Origin: an uncultured bacterium
Lineage (GTDB): Bacteria > Verrucomicrobiota > Verrucomicrobiia > Limisphaerales > UBA8199
Length of the DNA: 64,000 nucleotides
Reading direction: 5' to 3'
NCBI GenBank assembly: GCA_963749495.1
Contig: CAVVMW010000022.1
Coordinates: 192,001-256,000, forward strand
Every line of letters starts with the position of its first letter. Position 1 is the stretch's first letter. Below the pieces are notes generated by a model that searched no databases, was not told the DNA's origin, and saw only the letters and a program-made list of their open reading frames with translations. Positions 51,125 through 63,283 of the stretch are shown here, piece by piece. Both the position numbers and the translations under genes were made by a program.

Positions 51125-53803
51125 ATGGAACGTGCGCGCAGCCACACCTCCCTTCCGATTTGGGAGATTGAGCCGGCGATCGTCGAGGCGCTGGGCGGGG
51201 GCGGCCGGCTGGTGCTGTCGGCGCCGACCGGCTCCGGCAAGACCACGCAGGTGCCGCAGATGCTGCTGGATGCCGGGCTGGCGGGGGAGAAGAAGATCGT
51301 GGTGCTGCAACCGCGCCGCGTGGCCGCCCGGACCGTGGCGGCGCGGGTGGCCTGGGAGCGCGGGTGCCGGCTCGGCGCCGAGGTGGGTTACCAGGTGCGG
51401 TTCGACGACCAGACCAGCCTGGGCACGCGGATCAGTTATGTGACCGAAGGGATATTGCTGCGGCAATTGCAGGAGGCGCCGACCCTTCCGGAGGCGGGTG
51501 TGGTTATTTTCGACGAGTTCCACGAGCGGAACCTGATGAGCGACGTTGCCCTGGCCCTGGTCAAGCGCCTCCAGCAGCGGGAGCGGCCCGACCTCAAGCT
51601 GGCCGTGATGTCCGCCACGCTCGAGACCCAGCCCGTGGCGGAGTACCTGGCCCGGCCGCCGACAGGGGCGGCGCCGGTCCTCGAATCTGAGGGCCAGTGC
51701 TTCCCGGTCGAGGTGCGTTACCTGGATCAGCCCGATGAGCGCCCGGTCACGGAGCAGGCGGCCGATAGGGTCGAACAGATCGTCAACGCGGGCGAGCCCG
51801 GGGACATCCTGGTCTTCATGCCGGGCATGGGGGAGATCAACGGGACGATTGGGGCGTTGCGGGCCATCCGGGTACGCGAGCGGCTGGCCCTGATCCCGCT
51901 GCACGGCGAACTGCCGCCCGAACAGCAGGACCTGGCATTTGCCCCCAACCCGCTGCGCAAGGTGGTGGTGGCGACCAACGTGGCCGAGACCTCAATCACC
52001 ATCGATGGCATCCGGCACGTGGTGGACAGCGGGCTGGCGCGCGTTGCCCGCTACGAGCCCGAGCGGGGCCTGGGCACGCTCTTCATCGAGCCGATCAGCC
52101 GCGCCTCCGCCGAGCAGCGCAAGGGCCGCGCCGGCCGCACCGCGCCCGGAACCTGTCACCGGCTCTGGACCGAGAGCGGCCAATTGAACCGGCCCGAGCG
52201 CAACACCCCGGAGATCCAGCGCAGCGACCTGGCGGAGGTGGTTTTGCTCCTCCACTCGCTGGGCATCCGGCAGGCGGCCGCCTTCGACTGGCTGGACAAA
52301 CCGGACCCGCAGAGCGTCGAGCGCGCCGAGCAACTCCTGCGGACCCTGGGCGCGCTGCAACGCATCGAAGCGGCCGGACTCGCGCCAGAAACCCGCGACT
52401 CGGACGACTCGGACCTCACGCCAATCGGCCGGCAGATGCTCAAGCTGCCGATGCACCCGCGCTACTCGCGCATGCTCGTCGAGGCCGCCAGGCTCGGCTG
52501 CGTGCCCGCAGCCGCCTTGTGCGCCGCCCTGGTCGGCGGACGCGACCTGCTCATGCGCCTGGGGCGGGACGACCAGCACATTAAACAGGCCCGGGAATTG
52601 TTCGAGGCCAGCCAGGACTCGGATTTTCACACGCTGCTGCGGGCCTACCAGTTCGCGAAGAAAAACCGGTTCAGCCTCGAGACCTGCCGCCGCTACGGCA
52701 TCCACGCCCAAACCGCGCGCCAGGTCGAGCAGGCCCTCGACCAGATCCTCGAGATCGCCCGCCGGCAGGGTTTGGCCGGGGGACCTGGCGGGGCCGGGCC
52801 CGAGGCGGCAGGCTCAGAAGGGCAGGGGATGGGCCAACCCGGCGCCGGCCACGACCCGCTGCTGCGCTGCGTGATGACTGGGTTCATCGACCAACTCTGC
52901 ATCCGCCGCGACCAGGGGACGCTCGACTGCGAACTGACCGAAGGGCGGCACGGGACGTTGATGCGCGAGAGCGTCGTGCAGAACGCCCCGCTCTTCGTGG
53001 CCGCGAGCATCCGCGAGGTGTCCGGCCGCGGCTCGGACAACTTGACGTTGCTGGGCCTGGCCAGCGCGGTGAAACGGGAATGGGTGCAAGAGACGTTCCC
53101 CGAGCAGATCACGATCGGCGTCGAGCATCTTTTTGACCGCACGCACAAGCGAGTGGCCGCCGTCAGGCTGGTCCGGTTTCGCAACCTCGTCATCGACCAC
53201 GAACACCAACGCGAGACCGATGCGAAGGCCTCCGGCCTGAGCCTGGCCGAGGCGCATCGGAAAGGCTGGTTCGAACTCCCGCTCTTCAACCACGAAATCA
53301 AGCAACTCGCGGCCCGCGCCAATCTTGTCGCGGCAGTCATGCCCGAACTCGAGTTCCCCGCCTTTGACGAGGCGGGGTTGCTCGCCTGCCTGGCCGACGC
53401 GTTCGCAGGGCTCACCCTGGCCAAAGAGGCCCAGGCGGTCCCGTTGCTCCAGAGCTTCATCCGCCGCCTTGGCCAGGACCGTTTGGGCTGGCTCGACGAA
53501 TTGGCGCCGGGGAGCATCCCCTGGCCCGACGGCAGAAAACTCAAACTCCTCTACGCGGAACAGGCCCAGGACAAGGCCGGACAACCCGTCTCACCTGAAC
53601 TTCAGGTCAAACTGCACGACTGCTTCAGCCTCCACCAGCACCCGCGCCTCTGCGAAGGCCGGCTCCCGGTAAAGCTCTGGCTCTGCGCGCCCGATGGAAA
53701 ACGCCTCGAGCCGACGCTGGACTGGCCCGCGTTCAAGGCCGCGCGCTACCCCGCCCTCAAACCGGCGCTGCTCAAGAAGTACCCGGGAACAACGTGGCCC
53801 TAG
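51125..53803 (+). CDS. hrpB: DEAH-box ATP-dependent RNA helicase HrpB-like
   Basis: APTGSGKTT, QPRRVAAR, DEFHER, MSAT, TNVAETSITI, QRKGRAGR; HrpB-like C-terminus. Confidence 0.88.
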   Translation: MERARSHTSLPIWEIEPAIVEALGGGGRLVLSAPTGSGKTTQVPQMLLDAGLAGEKKIVVLQPRRVAARTVAARVAWERGCRLGAEVGYQVRFDDQTSLGTRISYVTEGILLRQLQEAPTLPEAGVVIFDEFHERNLMSDVALALVKRLQQRERPDLKLAVMSATLETQPVAEYLARPPTGAAPVLESEGQCFPVEVRYLDQPDERPVTEQAADRVEQIVNAGEPGDILVFMPGMGEINGTIGALRAIRVRERLALIPLHGELPPEQQDLAFAPNPLRKVVVATNVAETSITIDGIRHVVDSGLARVARYEPERGLGTLFIEPISRASAEQRKGRAGRTAPGTCHRLWTESGQLNRPERNTPEIQRSDLAEVVLLLHSLGIRQAAAFDWLDKPDPQSVERAEQLLRTLGALQRIEAAGLAPETRDSDDSDLTPIGRQMLKLPMHPRYSRMLVEAARLGCVPAAALCAALVGGRDLLMRLGRDDQHIKQARELFEASQDSDFHTLLRAYQFAKKNRFSLETCRRYGIHAQTARQVEQALDQILEIARRQGLAGGPGGAGPEAAGSEGQGMGQPGAGHDPLLRCVMTGFIDQLCIRRDQGTLDCELTEGRHGTLMRESVVQNAPLFVAASIREVSGRGSDNLTLLGLASAVKREWVQETFPEQITIGVEHLFDRTHKRVAAVRLVRFRNLVIDHEHQRETDAKASGLSLAEAHRKGWFELPLFNHEIKQLAARANLVAAVMPELEFPAFDEAGLLACLADAFAGLTLAKEAQAVPLLQSFIRRLGQDRLGWLDELAPGSIPWPDGRKLKLLYAEQAQDKAGQPVSPELQVKLHDCFSLHQHPRLCEGRLPVKLWLCAPDGKRLEPTLDWPAFKAARYPALKPALLKKYPGTTWP

Positions 53804-53819
53804 GAAGTGCGGAGGGCGG

Positions 53820-53916
53820 AATGACGAATGACGAATGACGAATGACGAATGACGAAAAGGCGACTCAGCAACCGAGAGTCCCTTTTTCGTCATTCGTCAT
53901 TCGTCATTCGTCATTC
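53820..53916. repeat. (AATGACG)5 - hairpin - (TCGTCAT)4 long palindrome, possible terminator
   Basis: Direct reading; core AAAAGGCGACTC...GAGTCCCTTTT. Confidence 0.85.
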
Positions 53917-53955
53917 CTCGCTTGATTTACCTCTCCCACACCGTACTTTCGTCAG

Positions 53956-56950
<2,995 letters not shown>

Positions 56951-57064
56951 GGGGTCTGCCCCGTGATGCTCCCATCTTCATTGAGGCCCTGCCGCAGACG
57001 AATTGTCTGGCCTGGAGCCCTGCTTGTGCTACAAATGGGGCGGCAATAGCAACGCCTTGCTGCG

Positions 57065-57538
57065 ATGAAAATTACCGAAGCCTTGCTGGCCGAGCACTTG
57101 GTGTTCCACAACATGCTGGATCACATCGAGACGACCACGCCCAAGCTCAGGACCCTGCCGGAGATCAAATCGCTGGCCGCGCTGCTGGAATCCATGCTCA
57201 AGGCCCACTCGAACACAGAGGACGAGCTGTTCCTCGGGCCCCTCGAACACTGCTTCGAGCAATTGGGCCAGCGCGACGCCTTCCTGGCGGAGCACGAGGA
57301 AATGGACGGGCACCTCCGCCGCATCCGCGTAGTCAAGCGTCTCAAGGAGGCCCGCGCCCTGTTGCTCGCCGCCGTGCGCTACTCGCGCGAGCACTTCGAC
57401 AAAGAGGAACGCATCGTCTTTCCCATGGCCGAGCGCATTCTCAAGGCCCAGACCCTGACCGCCCTGGGCCAGACCTGGATGCAGCAGCGCATGGACACCT
57501 CCGTCTGCGCCAATTGCGAAAACAAGGTCTGTGTCTGA
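57065..57538 (+). CDS. Hemerythrin-domain protein
   Basis: EH, H...EDE.LF, EHEE, HFDKEERIVFP; C-terminal CxxC. Confidence 0.88.
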   Translation: MKITEALLAEHLVFHNMLDHIETTTPKLRTLPEIKSLAALLESMLKAHSNTEDELFLGPLEHCFEQLGQRDAFLAEHEEMDGHLRRIRVVKRLKEARALLLAAVRYSREHFDKEERIVFPMAERILKAQTLTALGQTWMQQRMDTSVCANCENKVCV

Positions 57539-57546
57539 GCCCCGCA

Positions 57547-57761
57547 GCAGAATCATTGAGCAGAATCATTTTTGGCAAAATCATTACAGAAGAATTCTTT
57601 TCCAATGATTTTGCCAACAATGATTCTGCCTTTTCCCCACCCAATCATTTTGCTCAAGCCCGCAGCGGAATCATTTTTGGCAAAATCATTACAGAAGAAT
57701 TCTTTTCCAATGCTTTTGCCAAGAATGATTCTGCTCTCTCCCCTCCCAATCATTCTGCTCA
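57547..57761. repeat. AT-rich ~105-bp tandem duplication of palindromic GCAGAATCATT/AATGATTCTGC units
   Basis: Copies at 57560-57656 and 57665-57761. Confidence 0.85.
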
Positions 57762-59837
57762 GGGCGTGGGGCGCAGGTTGCGGTAGGTCGCCAGGGCCAG
57801 GAGGGGCCAACTGTTCCGGTACATATCGTATTTAAGGTAGAAGACCTTGGGAAAGCCGGTCCCGGTGGCCTCGTTTTCGGTCCAGGAGCCGTCGGCGTTT
57901 TGGGTCTCGACCAGGTACTGGATGCCGCGTTGGAGGCTGGGGCGGTGCGGGTTGTCGAAGGCGCACAGGCCCATAACGGCCCAGGCCGTTTGGGAGGCGG
58001 TCGAAGGGCCCTGGCCTTTGAAGACGGGGTCGTCGTACGTGTTGCACCGTTCGCCCCAGCCGCCGTCGGGGTGCTGGATGCTCTCGAACCAATCGCGGGC
58101 CTTGAGGATCCAGGGCTGGGACATGTCGAGGTTGAGTGCGCGGAGTCCGCGCAGGACCTGCCAGGTGCCGTAGATGTAGTTGACGCCCCAGCGCCCGTAC
58201 CAGGAGCCGTCCTGTTCCTGGTGCTCGCGCAGGAAGCGCAGGGCCTTTTGGACCTGGGGATGGTCGAGGCTGTAGGCCAGGTAACCGAGCAATTCCAGGA
58301 TGCGCGCGGTGATGTCCGCGCATTCCGGGTCGAGCATCGCGTTGTGATCGGCAAAGGGGACCTTCTCCAGCACGCCCTTGGTGCAGTCCTTGTCGAAGGC
58401 CGCCCACCCGCCGTCCCGGCACTGAAAGGTGAGCATCCACTTGAGCCCGCGCTCAAAGGCCTCGTCGCGCCGGGCCGGGTCGCCGGTCGGAATCTGGCGC
58501 AGGGCCAGCAGCACCATCGCCGTGTCGTCCACGTCCGGGTTCCATTTGTTTTGGAATTCGAAGACCCAGCCGCTCGGTTCGACCTTGGCCGGGTTCTTGT
58601 ACTGCCAATCGCCTCGAAAGCGGATTTCCTTGGAAAGGAGCCACTCGGCGGCCTTTTCGAGCGCGGGATGCTCGCCGGCCAGGCCGGATTGGCGCAGGCA
58701 GTTGGCGACGATCGCCGTGTCCCACACCGGCGAGAGGCAGGGTTCGACGCGGACAGAATGTTCGGTTTGGTGTTCGAGCATTTGGAGTTGGCGTTCGCCC
58801 CGCAGCACCTGGGGGTGGTCATCGGCATAGCCGAGCGCCTTGAGGGCGATGAGCGAGTTGACGATGCCCGGGAAGATAGCGGCCAGGCCATCGGACCCCT
58901 CGAAGCGTTCGAGCATCCATTGCTCGGCCCGGCGCAAGGCGCGTTTGCGGAAAGGGTGGATGCCGTTCTCGGCAAACCACTCGGCGAACTTGTGTACGCG
59001 ATCCAGCCAGAGGAAGAAATTGCGCCAGGTGATGCGCTCGGGGTCGGGGGCCAGCGCCAAATCACGCTCGTGGATGCCCTCGGGATAGAGTTCGTCCAGG
59101 TTGACGTTGTTCCTGGGAGGCCGCGTGGGCTTGAAGTGATTGATGATGGCCAGGGGAACCAGCATCGAGCGGCTCCAGGAACTCATTTCGTTGAAGTTCA
59201 CATAGAACCACTTGCCGATGAGGATGACTTCGCAGGGGATCGTGGGCACGTATTCCCAGGGAAAGAGCCCCAGCAGCGCCAGAAAGAGCTTCGAGAAGGT
59301 GTTCATCCGGGGCACACCCCCCAGGTTCAGCGCCACTTCACGGGCCCGCAGCATCCGCGCATCGGTCACCGGCACGCCCGCCAGCTTCAAACCCAGGTAT
59401 GCCTTGATCGTCGCATTGACCTCCGCCGGCCCCCCGTAGTAAGTGCTCCACCCCCCATCCGCCAACTGCAAGGAAAAGATATGATTCACCGCCTTCCGCT
59501 GCCATTCCGCATCCACCTTTCCGTCCCAATGGCGATAGGCTATCATGTCGGCCACCAGGGTGACATCCACGATCAATTCCCCAATCCAATACCCCTCCGG
59601 CCGCTGCTGGCCCAGCAAGCAGGCCCGCGACCGCCCTATCGCGGCCTCCACTTCGTCGTCATGCCCAAACCCTGACGCCGCCTGACGCGATTCTTTCTCC
59701 ACGGCAGCCTTTCGCAACGATGCGACTTCCACGCCCGATATTTTGCTGGCCGGAACCTGAACTGTAAAGGAATAATTGGGATTCGGCAGGGCGCATCTCT
59801 CCCGTACCACCATCCACGGAAGCACGGCGGGCATCAC
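57759..59837 (-). CDS. shc: Squalene-hopene cyclase (true start probably downstream of 59837)
   Basis: DVDDTA catalytic motif, QW repeats (QEQDGSW, QHPDGGW, QNADGSW), TGTGFPKVFYL. Confidence 0.96.
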   Translation of the reverse strand: MMPAVLPWMVVRERCALPNPNYSFTVQVPASKISGVEVASLRKAAVEKESRQAASGFGHDDEVEAAIGRSRACLLGQQRPEGYWIGELIVDVTLVADMIAYRHWDGKVDAEWQRKAVNHIFSLQLADGGWSTYYGGPAEVNATIKAYLGLKLAGVPVTDARMLRAREVALNLGGVPRMNTFSKLFLALLGLFPWEYVPTIPCEVILIGKWFYVNFNEMSSWSRSMLVPLAIINHFKPTRPPRNNVNLDELYPEGIHERDLALAPDPERITWRNFFLWLDRVHKFAEWFAENGIHPFRKRALRRAEQWMLERFEGSDGLAAIFPGIVNSLIALKALGYADDHPQVLRGERQLQMLEHQTEHSVRVEPCLSPVWDTAIVANCLRQSGLAGEHPALEKAAEWLLSKEIRFRGDWQYKNPAKVEPSGWVFEFQNKWNPDVDDTAMVLLALRQIPTGDPARRDEAFERGLKWMLTFQCRDGGWAAFDKDCTKGVLEKVPFADHNAMLDPECADITARILELLGYLAYSLDHPQVQKALRFLREHQEQDGSWYGRWGVNYIYGTWQVLRGLRALNLDMSQPWILKARDWFESIQHPDGGWGERCNTYDDPVFKGQGPSTASQTAWAVMGLCAFDNPHRPSLQRGIQYLVETQNADGSWTENEATGTGFPKVFYLKYDMYRNSWPLLALATYRNLRPTP

Positions 59838-59852
59838 TCTATTCCGTCCAAT

Positions 59853-60085
59853 TCATCCCGTAGGGATGAGAGACGGTAGCCGGGGGTCGAAGCGCAGCGA
59901 GACCCCCGGTGCGGCGACGGCGGATGTCTGCATCCCGGAGGGATGCCAGAAAGGGTGCCTGCCCTCTGATGCGCGGGCTTCTGGCACCCCGTTCCGGGGT
60001 CCAGGCCCCTTCTTTCTGGCCGCGAACCGGGGGTCTCGCTGCGCTTCGACCCCCGGCTGCCGTCTGGCAACCCTCTGGGTTGCAG
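59853..60085. repeat. REP doublet (CCGGGGGTCGAAGCGCAGCGAGACCCCCGG family)
   Basis: Inverted copies at 59880 and 60027. Confidence 0.75.
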
Positions 60086-60272
60086 AGCATCCGCGCGGCC
60101 TGCGCTCTCGTCTGCGACTCCTCTTCTTGTGGTGGTACGGTGAAGATGCGCCCATTCGGCAGGGCGCATCCGCACACCGCCCCTGGAGCGCCGACTTTCA
60201 GTCGGCTTTGTGCCCACCATCCCCTCTGTCGCACCCTCGTGAAAGCCGGACGTCCTAAGCCGACTGCAAGTC

Positions 60273-60539
60273 CAATGTCACTAGGATTTGACGCCCAACT
60301 CCGAGGCGTGCCCCGGCCAAGTGCTTGTCCCGGAGGGACATTCGACAATAGCCCAACGTTTCAACGTTGGGTAGGAGCGCCCAAACCCTCACAAGTCCCG
60401 AAGGGACGGCTGAAGAGAGGGCCGATGTCAGCCGTCCCTTCGGGACTTGTTCGGGCTTTGTATGGCTGAACCCAACGTTGAAACGTTGGGCTATTCTCAT
60501 ACGTCCCTCCGGGACGAGCATGAAATCCTAATGACATTG
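60273..60539. mobile_element. 267-bp MITE with CAATG ends and 11-bp target duplication, carrying a REP doublet
   Basis: TIR CAATGTCACTAGGATTT / AAATCCTAATGACATTG (16/17); GACTGCAAGTC on both sides. Confidence 0.85.
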
Positions 60540-60574
60540 GACTGCAAGTCGGCGCTCCGGTCCTTCCGCATCGG

Positions 60575-61028
60575 TTGCGGCGTACACTGAAGGGGCGCTG
60601 CTCCAGGGCGGCGTCGAGCCACCTTGGGCGCGCGTGGTGGGCGGCCTGGCGCTGGGGAGCGAGGCTCTCGCGCAGCGACTCAGGGGCGGAGCCCGCGGCA
60701 ACCCGCGTGAGCAAGCATCGCTCCGGAGCGCGCCCGAGGCCTCGGCCTGGCCGAGGATCCTCTCCGCCTTGGAGCAAGCCAAGGGCGAAAGCTGGAGCAG
60801 CTTCGCCGAGCGGCATGGCGACTGGGGCCGCGACGCGGTGCTGTGGCTGGGGCGGCGAACCGCCCGCTTCCCCTTGGCCGGACTGGGCAAGTCAACTGGC
60901 GGTTTGGACTACGCCGTAGTGAGCAAAGCCCTCGCCCGCTTTGGCCGGCGCCTCGAAGCCGATCCCCGCCTGCGAGAAGAAATAGCCGCAGTCCGGGACC
61001 GATTGTCCAAATGACAAGACCTGACCCC
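60575..61028 (+). pseudogene. 3' remnant of a RAYT element with its right end
   Basis: Paralogous to 62280-62733 (RHGDWGRDA.LWLGRR); ends TTGTCCAAATGACAAGACCTGACCCC. Confidence 0.8.
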
Positions 61029-61085
61029 AATGGGTTGCGCGCTCCTGTCTTGACGAGGCACGGCGACAGGCGCAGACTCCGGCCC

Positions 61086-61280
61086 ATGAAACGCACACGC
61101 GAAATTGTCATCCGCGTTCCGGCCAAGTTGACGCGCTATGTGGCCCTGGAGAAGGGCACGTTCAAGACCGTGGGCCACGGCCGCACGCTGGCGGCAGCGT
61201 TGGATCGCGCAGCCAAGAACGGCCACGCGGAAGCGGCGGCGATGTGGATTCCGCAGCCAGGCCACCGCTACATTTTCTGA
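61086..61280 (+). CDS. 64-aa DUF5678-like protein
   Basis: YVAL....VGHG.TL..AL..A...G; own TTGACG-N17-CAGACT promoter. Confidence 0.6.
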   Translation: MKRTREIVIRVPAKLTRYVALEKGTFKTVGHGRTLAAALDRAAKNGHAEAAAMWIPQPGHRYIF

Positions 61281-61284
61281 GGCT

Positions 61285-61728
61285 ATGCCTGCGGCGGTCT
61301 ATCCTTTCACGCGCTTCGTCTATCCGGGCGGCCAGAAGGATCGGCGCGCCTACGCCCGTCTGCCGCTGCGCATCACCAATCCCCACACGCGGCAGACCCT
61401 GGTGACTTGGGGGTTGGTCGATACGGGGGCGGACTTGACGCTGCTGCCGGGAGAACTGGCCGTGCGCTTGGGACACAAACTCCAGGGCAAAGGGGTTAAG
61501 CGGAGCGTGACCGCCGGCATCGAGCAAACCAAGGTCTTCGCCTATGCCCACACCTTTCGAATCGAATTGCTCTCCGCCGACCTGGCCCGTGTCGTCTGGT
61601 CCACGGGCCGGCGCAGATTCGATTGCGTCGCCAGCAACCCGCCGCTGTTGGTGGGCGTGGAAGATTTCTTGAAGCACTTCCGGCTGCTGGTGGACTACCG
61701 CGCCAAGAGCTTGCGGTTGTCCTGGTGA
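61285..61728 (+). CDS. Retropepsin-like (clan AA) aspartyl protease
   Basis: GLVDTGAD catalytic motif; LLVGVEDFL..F.L.VDY C-terminal motif. Confidence 0.8.
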   Translation: MPAAVYPFTRFVYPGGQKDRRAYARLPLRITNPHTRQTLVTWGLVDTGADLTLLPGELAVRLGHKLQGKGVKRSVTAGIEQTKVFAYAHTFRIELLSADLARVVWSTGRRRFDCVASNPPLLVGVEDFLKHFRLLVDYRAKSLRLSW

Positions 61729-61880
61729 ACGGCTTCCGCATGAGGTTCCACGGCAGCCACCACATTTTCACCCGCCCGGGCGTACGGAAGCGGCTCAACC
61801 TCCAGCGCGGGAGTTCCCACGCCGGGCCGTACCAGGTTCGACAAGTCCGCCGAATTCTGGCAACCTACCGACTGTTATGA
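61725..61880 (+). pseudogene. HicA-like toxin, short or 5'-truncated
   Basis: GSHHIF.RPGV...LNLQ....A.PYQVRQV; GTGA overlap with the protease stop. Confidence 0.7.
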
Positions 61881-61939
61881 ATACCGGGAACAGATAATGC
61901 CCAAGCCGCGCCGATGCGCCACGAGGCGAGGGGAACATC

Positions 61940-62733
61940 GGGGTCAGATCTTGTCATTTGGACAAATTGGAGCTTGACGGGGCGGACCATCGCTGGTTCG
62001 ATAGGCTGATGGCACGGGCGTTGCGCATCGAACGGCCCGGTGCGCGCTGCCACGTCACGGCGCGCGGGAACGACCGCAGGGACGTCTTCCGCGACGACAC
62101 CGACCATTTTCACTTTTTGGAATTACTCAGCGAGTTGGGAGAGCGTTTTGGCGCGAGGGTTCACGCCTATGTGCTGATCCGCGGGTATGCCGGTTACCGG
62201 GCGCCTCTGGCGTGGGTGTGGCAGGATCCGCTGGGTCGGTTGTGCGGCGGCAACAGTCTGCAGGAGCAACGGGCCGCGCTCAGGGCCTATACCGAGAGCG
62301 CAGTGCTTCAAGGTGGCGTCGAGCCACCCTGGGAGCGGGTGCTGGACGGAATCGTGTTTGGCAGCGCAGCCTTTGCGCAACAGCTTCGGCGCGAAGCCCG
62401 CGGCAACCCGCGGGAGCAAAAAGCCCTGAGGGGCGCGCCCACGGCGCCGAGATGGGCGCAGATCGTCTCGGCGTTGGAACAGATCAAGAGGGAAAGTTGG
62501 GCGACGTTTGCGAATCGCCACGGCGATTGGGGCCGCGACGCGGCGCTGTGGCTGGGGCGGCGAACCGCCCGCTTCCCCTTGGCCGGGCTGGGCAAGTCAA
62601 CTGGTGGTTTGGACCACGCCGTAGTGAGCAAAGCCCTCGCCCGCTTTGGCCGGCGCCTCGAAGCCGCTCCCCGCCTGCGAGCAGAAATACCCGCAATCCG
62701 GGACCGATTGTCCAAATGACAAGACATGACCCC
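61940..62733 (+). mobile_element. Internally deleted (non-autonomous) RAYT element with 26-bp TIRs; ORF 62009..62719
   Basis: GGGGTCAGATCTTGTCATTTGGACAA / TTGTCCAAATGACAAGACATGACCCC (24/26). ORF MARALRIE..HVTARGN..VHAYVL lacks the HUH and Tyr motifs. Confidence 0.85.
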
Positions 62734-62792
62734 AATGGGTTTGCCGGGGTTTTGCGCCTTGACCCACTGATTGGCCAAGGCCCCAGGTTCAC

Positions 62793-62942
62793 CGCGTAGC
62801 GGTGCCCGATGGTAGCCGTGGACTTCAGTCCACGGACCCATGGCCCGAGCTAAACCGCGTCGCGTAGCGACGCTTGAAAGCCGGGGTGCTGTCAGGCGCC
62901 GCTACGCGACGCGGGCCCGTTCGGACGCCGCAAACCGTGGAC
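62793..62942. repeat. REP-like palindromes (CGCGTAGCGACG / CCGTGGACTTCAGTCCACGG)
   Basis: Inverted symmetry visible. Confidence 0.7.
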
Positions 62943-63227
62943 CGAGGGCCCTGTCGTTACCCACATCATTGAAGTTGAAGGGGTCAAACCATAACTTTTC
63001 ACTTGACGGGACGCCAGGCGTTGGCGCTCACTTGTTTTGACCAATTCTGCTCAGATAAACTGATCCAGCCGTTGGGCGGCACCTTCCCTTTCCAAGTAGT
63101 GATTCCCTCCCCACAGGTTGTGGTGCCTCGGCCGGTCAGCTCGGAGCCACGTATTGAGCGATAACGATAAGTTTAGGCGCCTAAACACCACAATGTGCCC
63201 TTGACGTTGGCGGCCCGCTTCTTGTGC

Positions 63228-63281
63228 GAAAGGTGGGTCAATTTAGGTGAGCAGAGGTGGGTCAATTCTCGTGAGCGGTAT
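63228..63281. mobile_element. IS21-like terminal sequence remnant
   Basis: Two AGGTGGGTCAATT....GTGAGC direct repeats ~24 bp apart, ending exactly where the RAYT coding sequence resumes. Confidence 0.6.
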
Positions 63282-63283
63282 CG

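Noticed and set aside
57547..57761. Repeat cluster as a CRISPR array
   Set aside because: The intervening sequence is duplicated too; there are no unique spacers.
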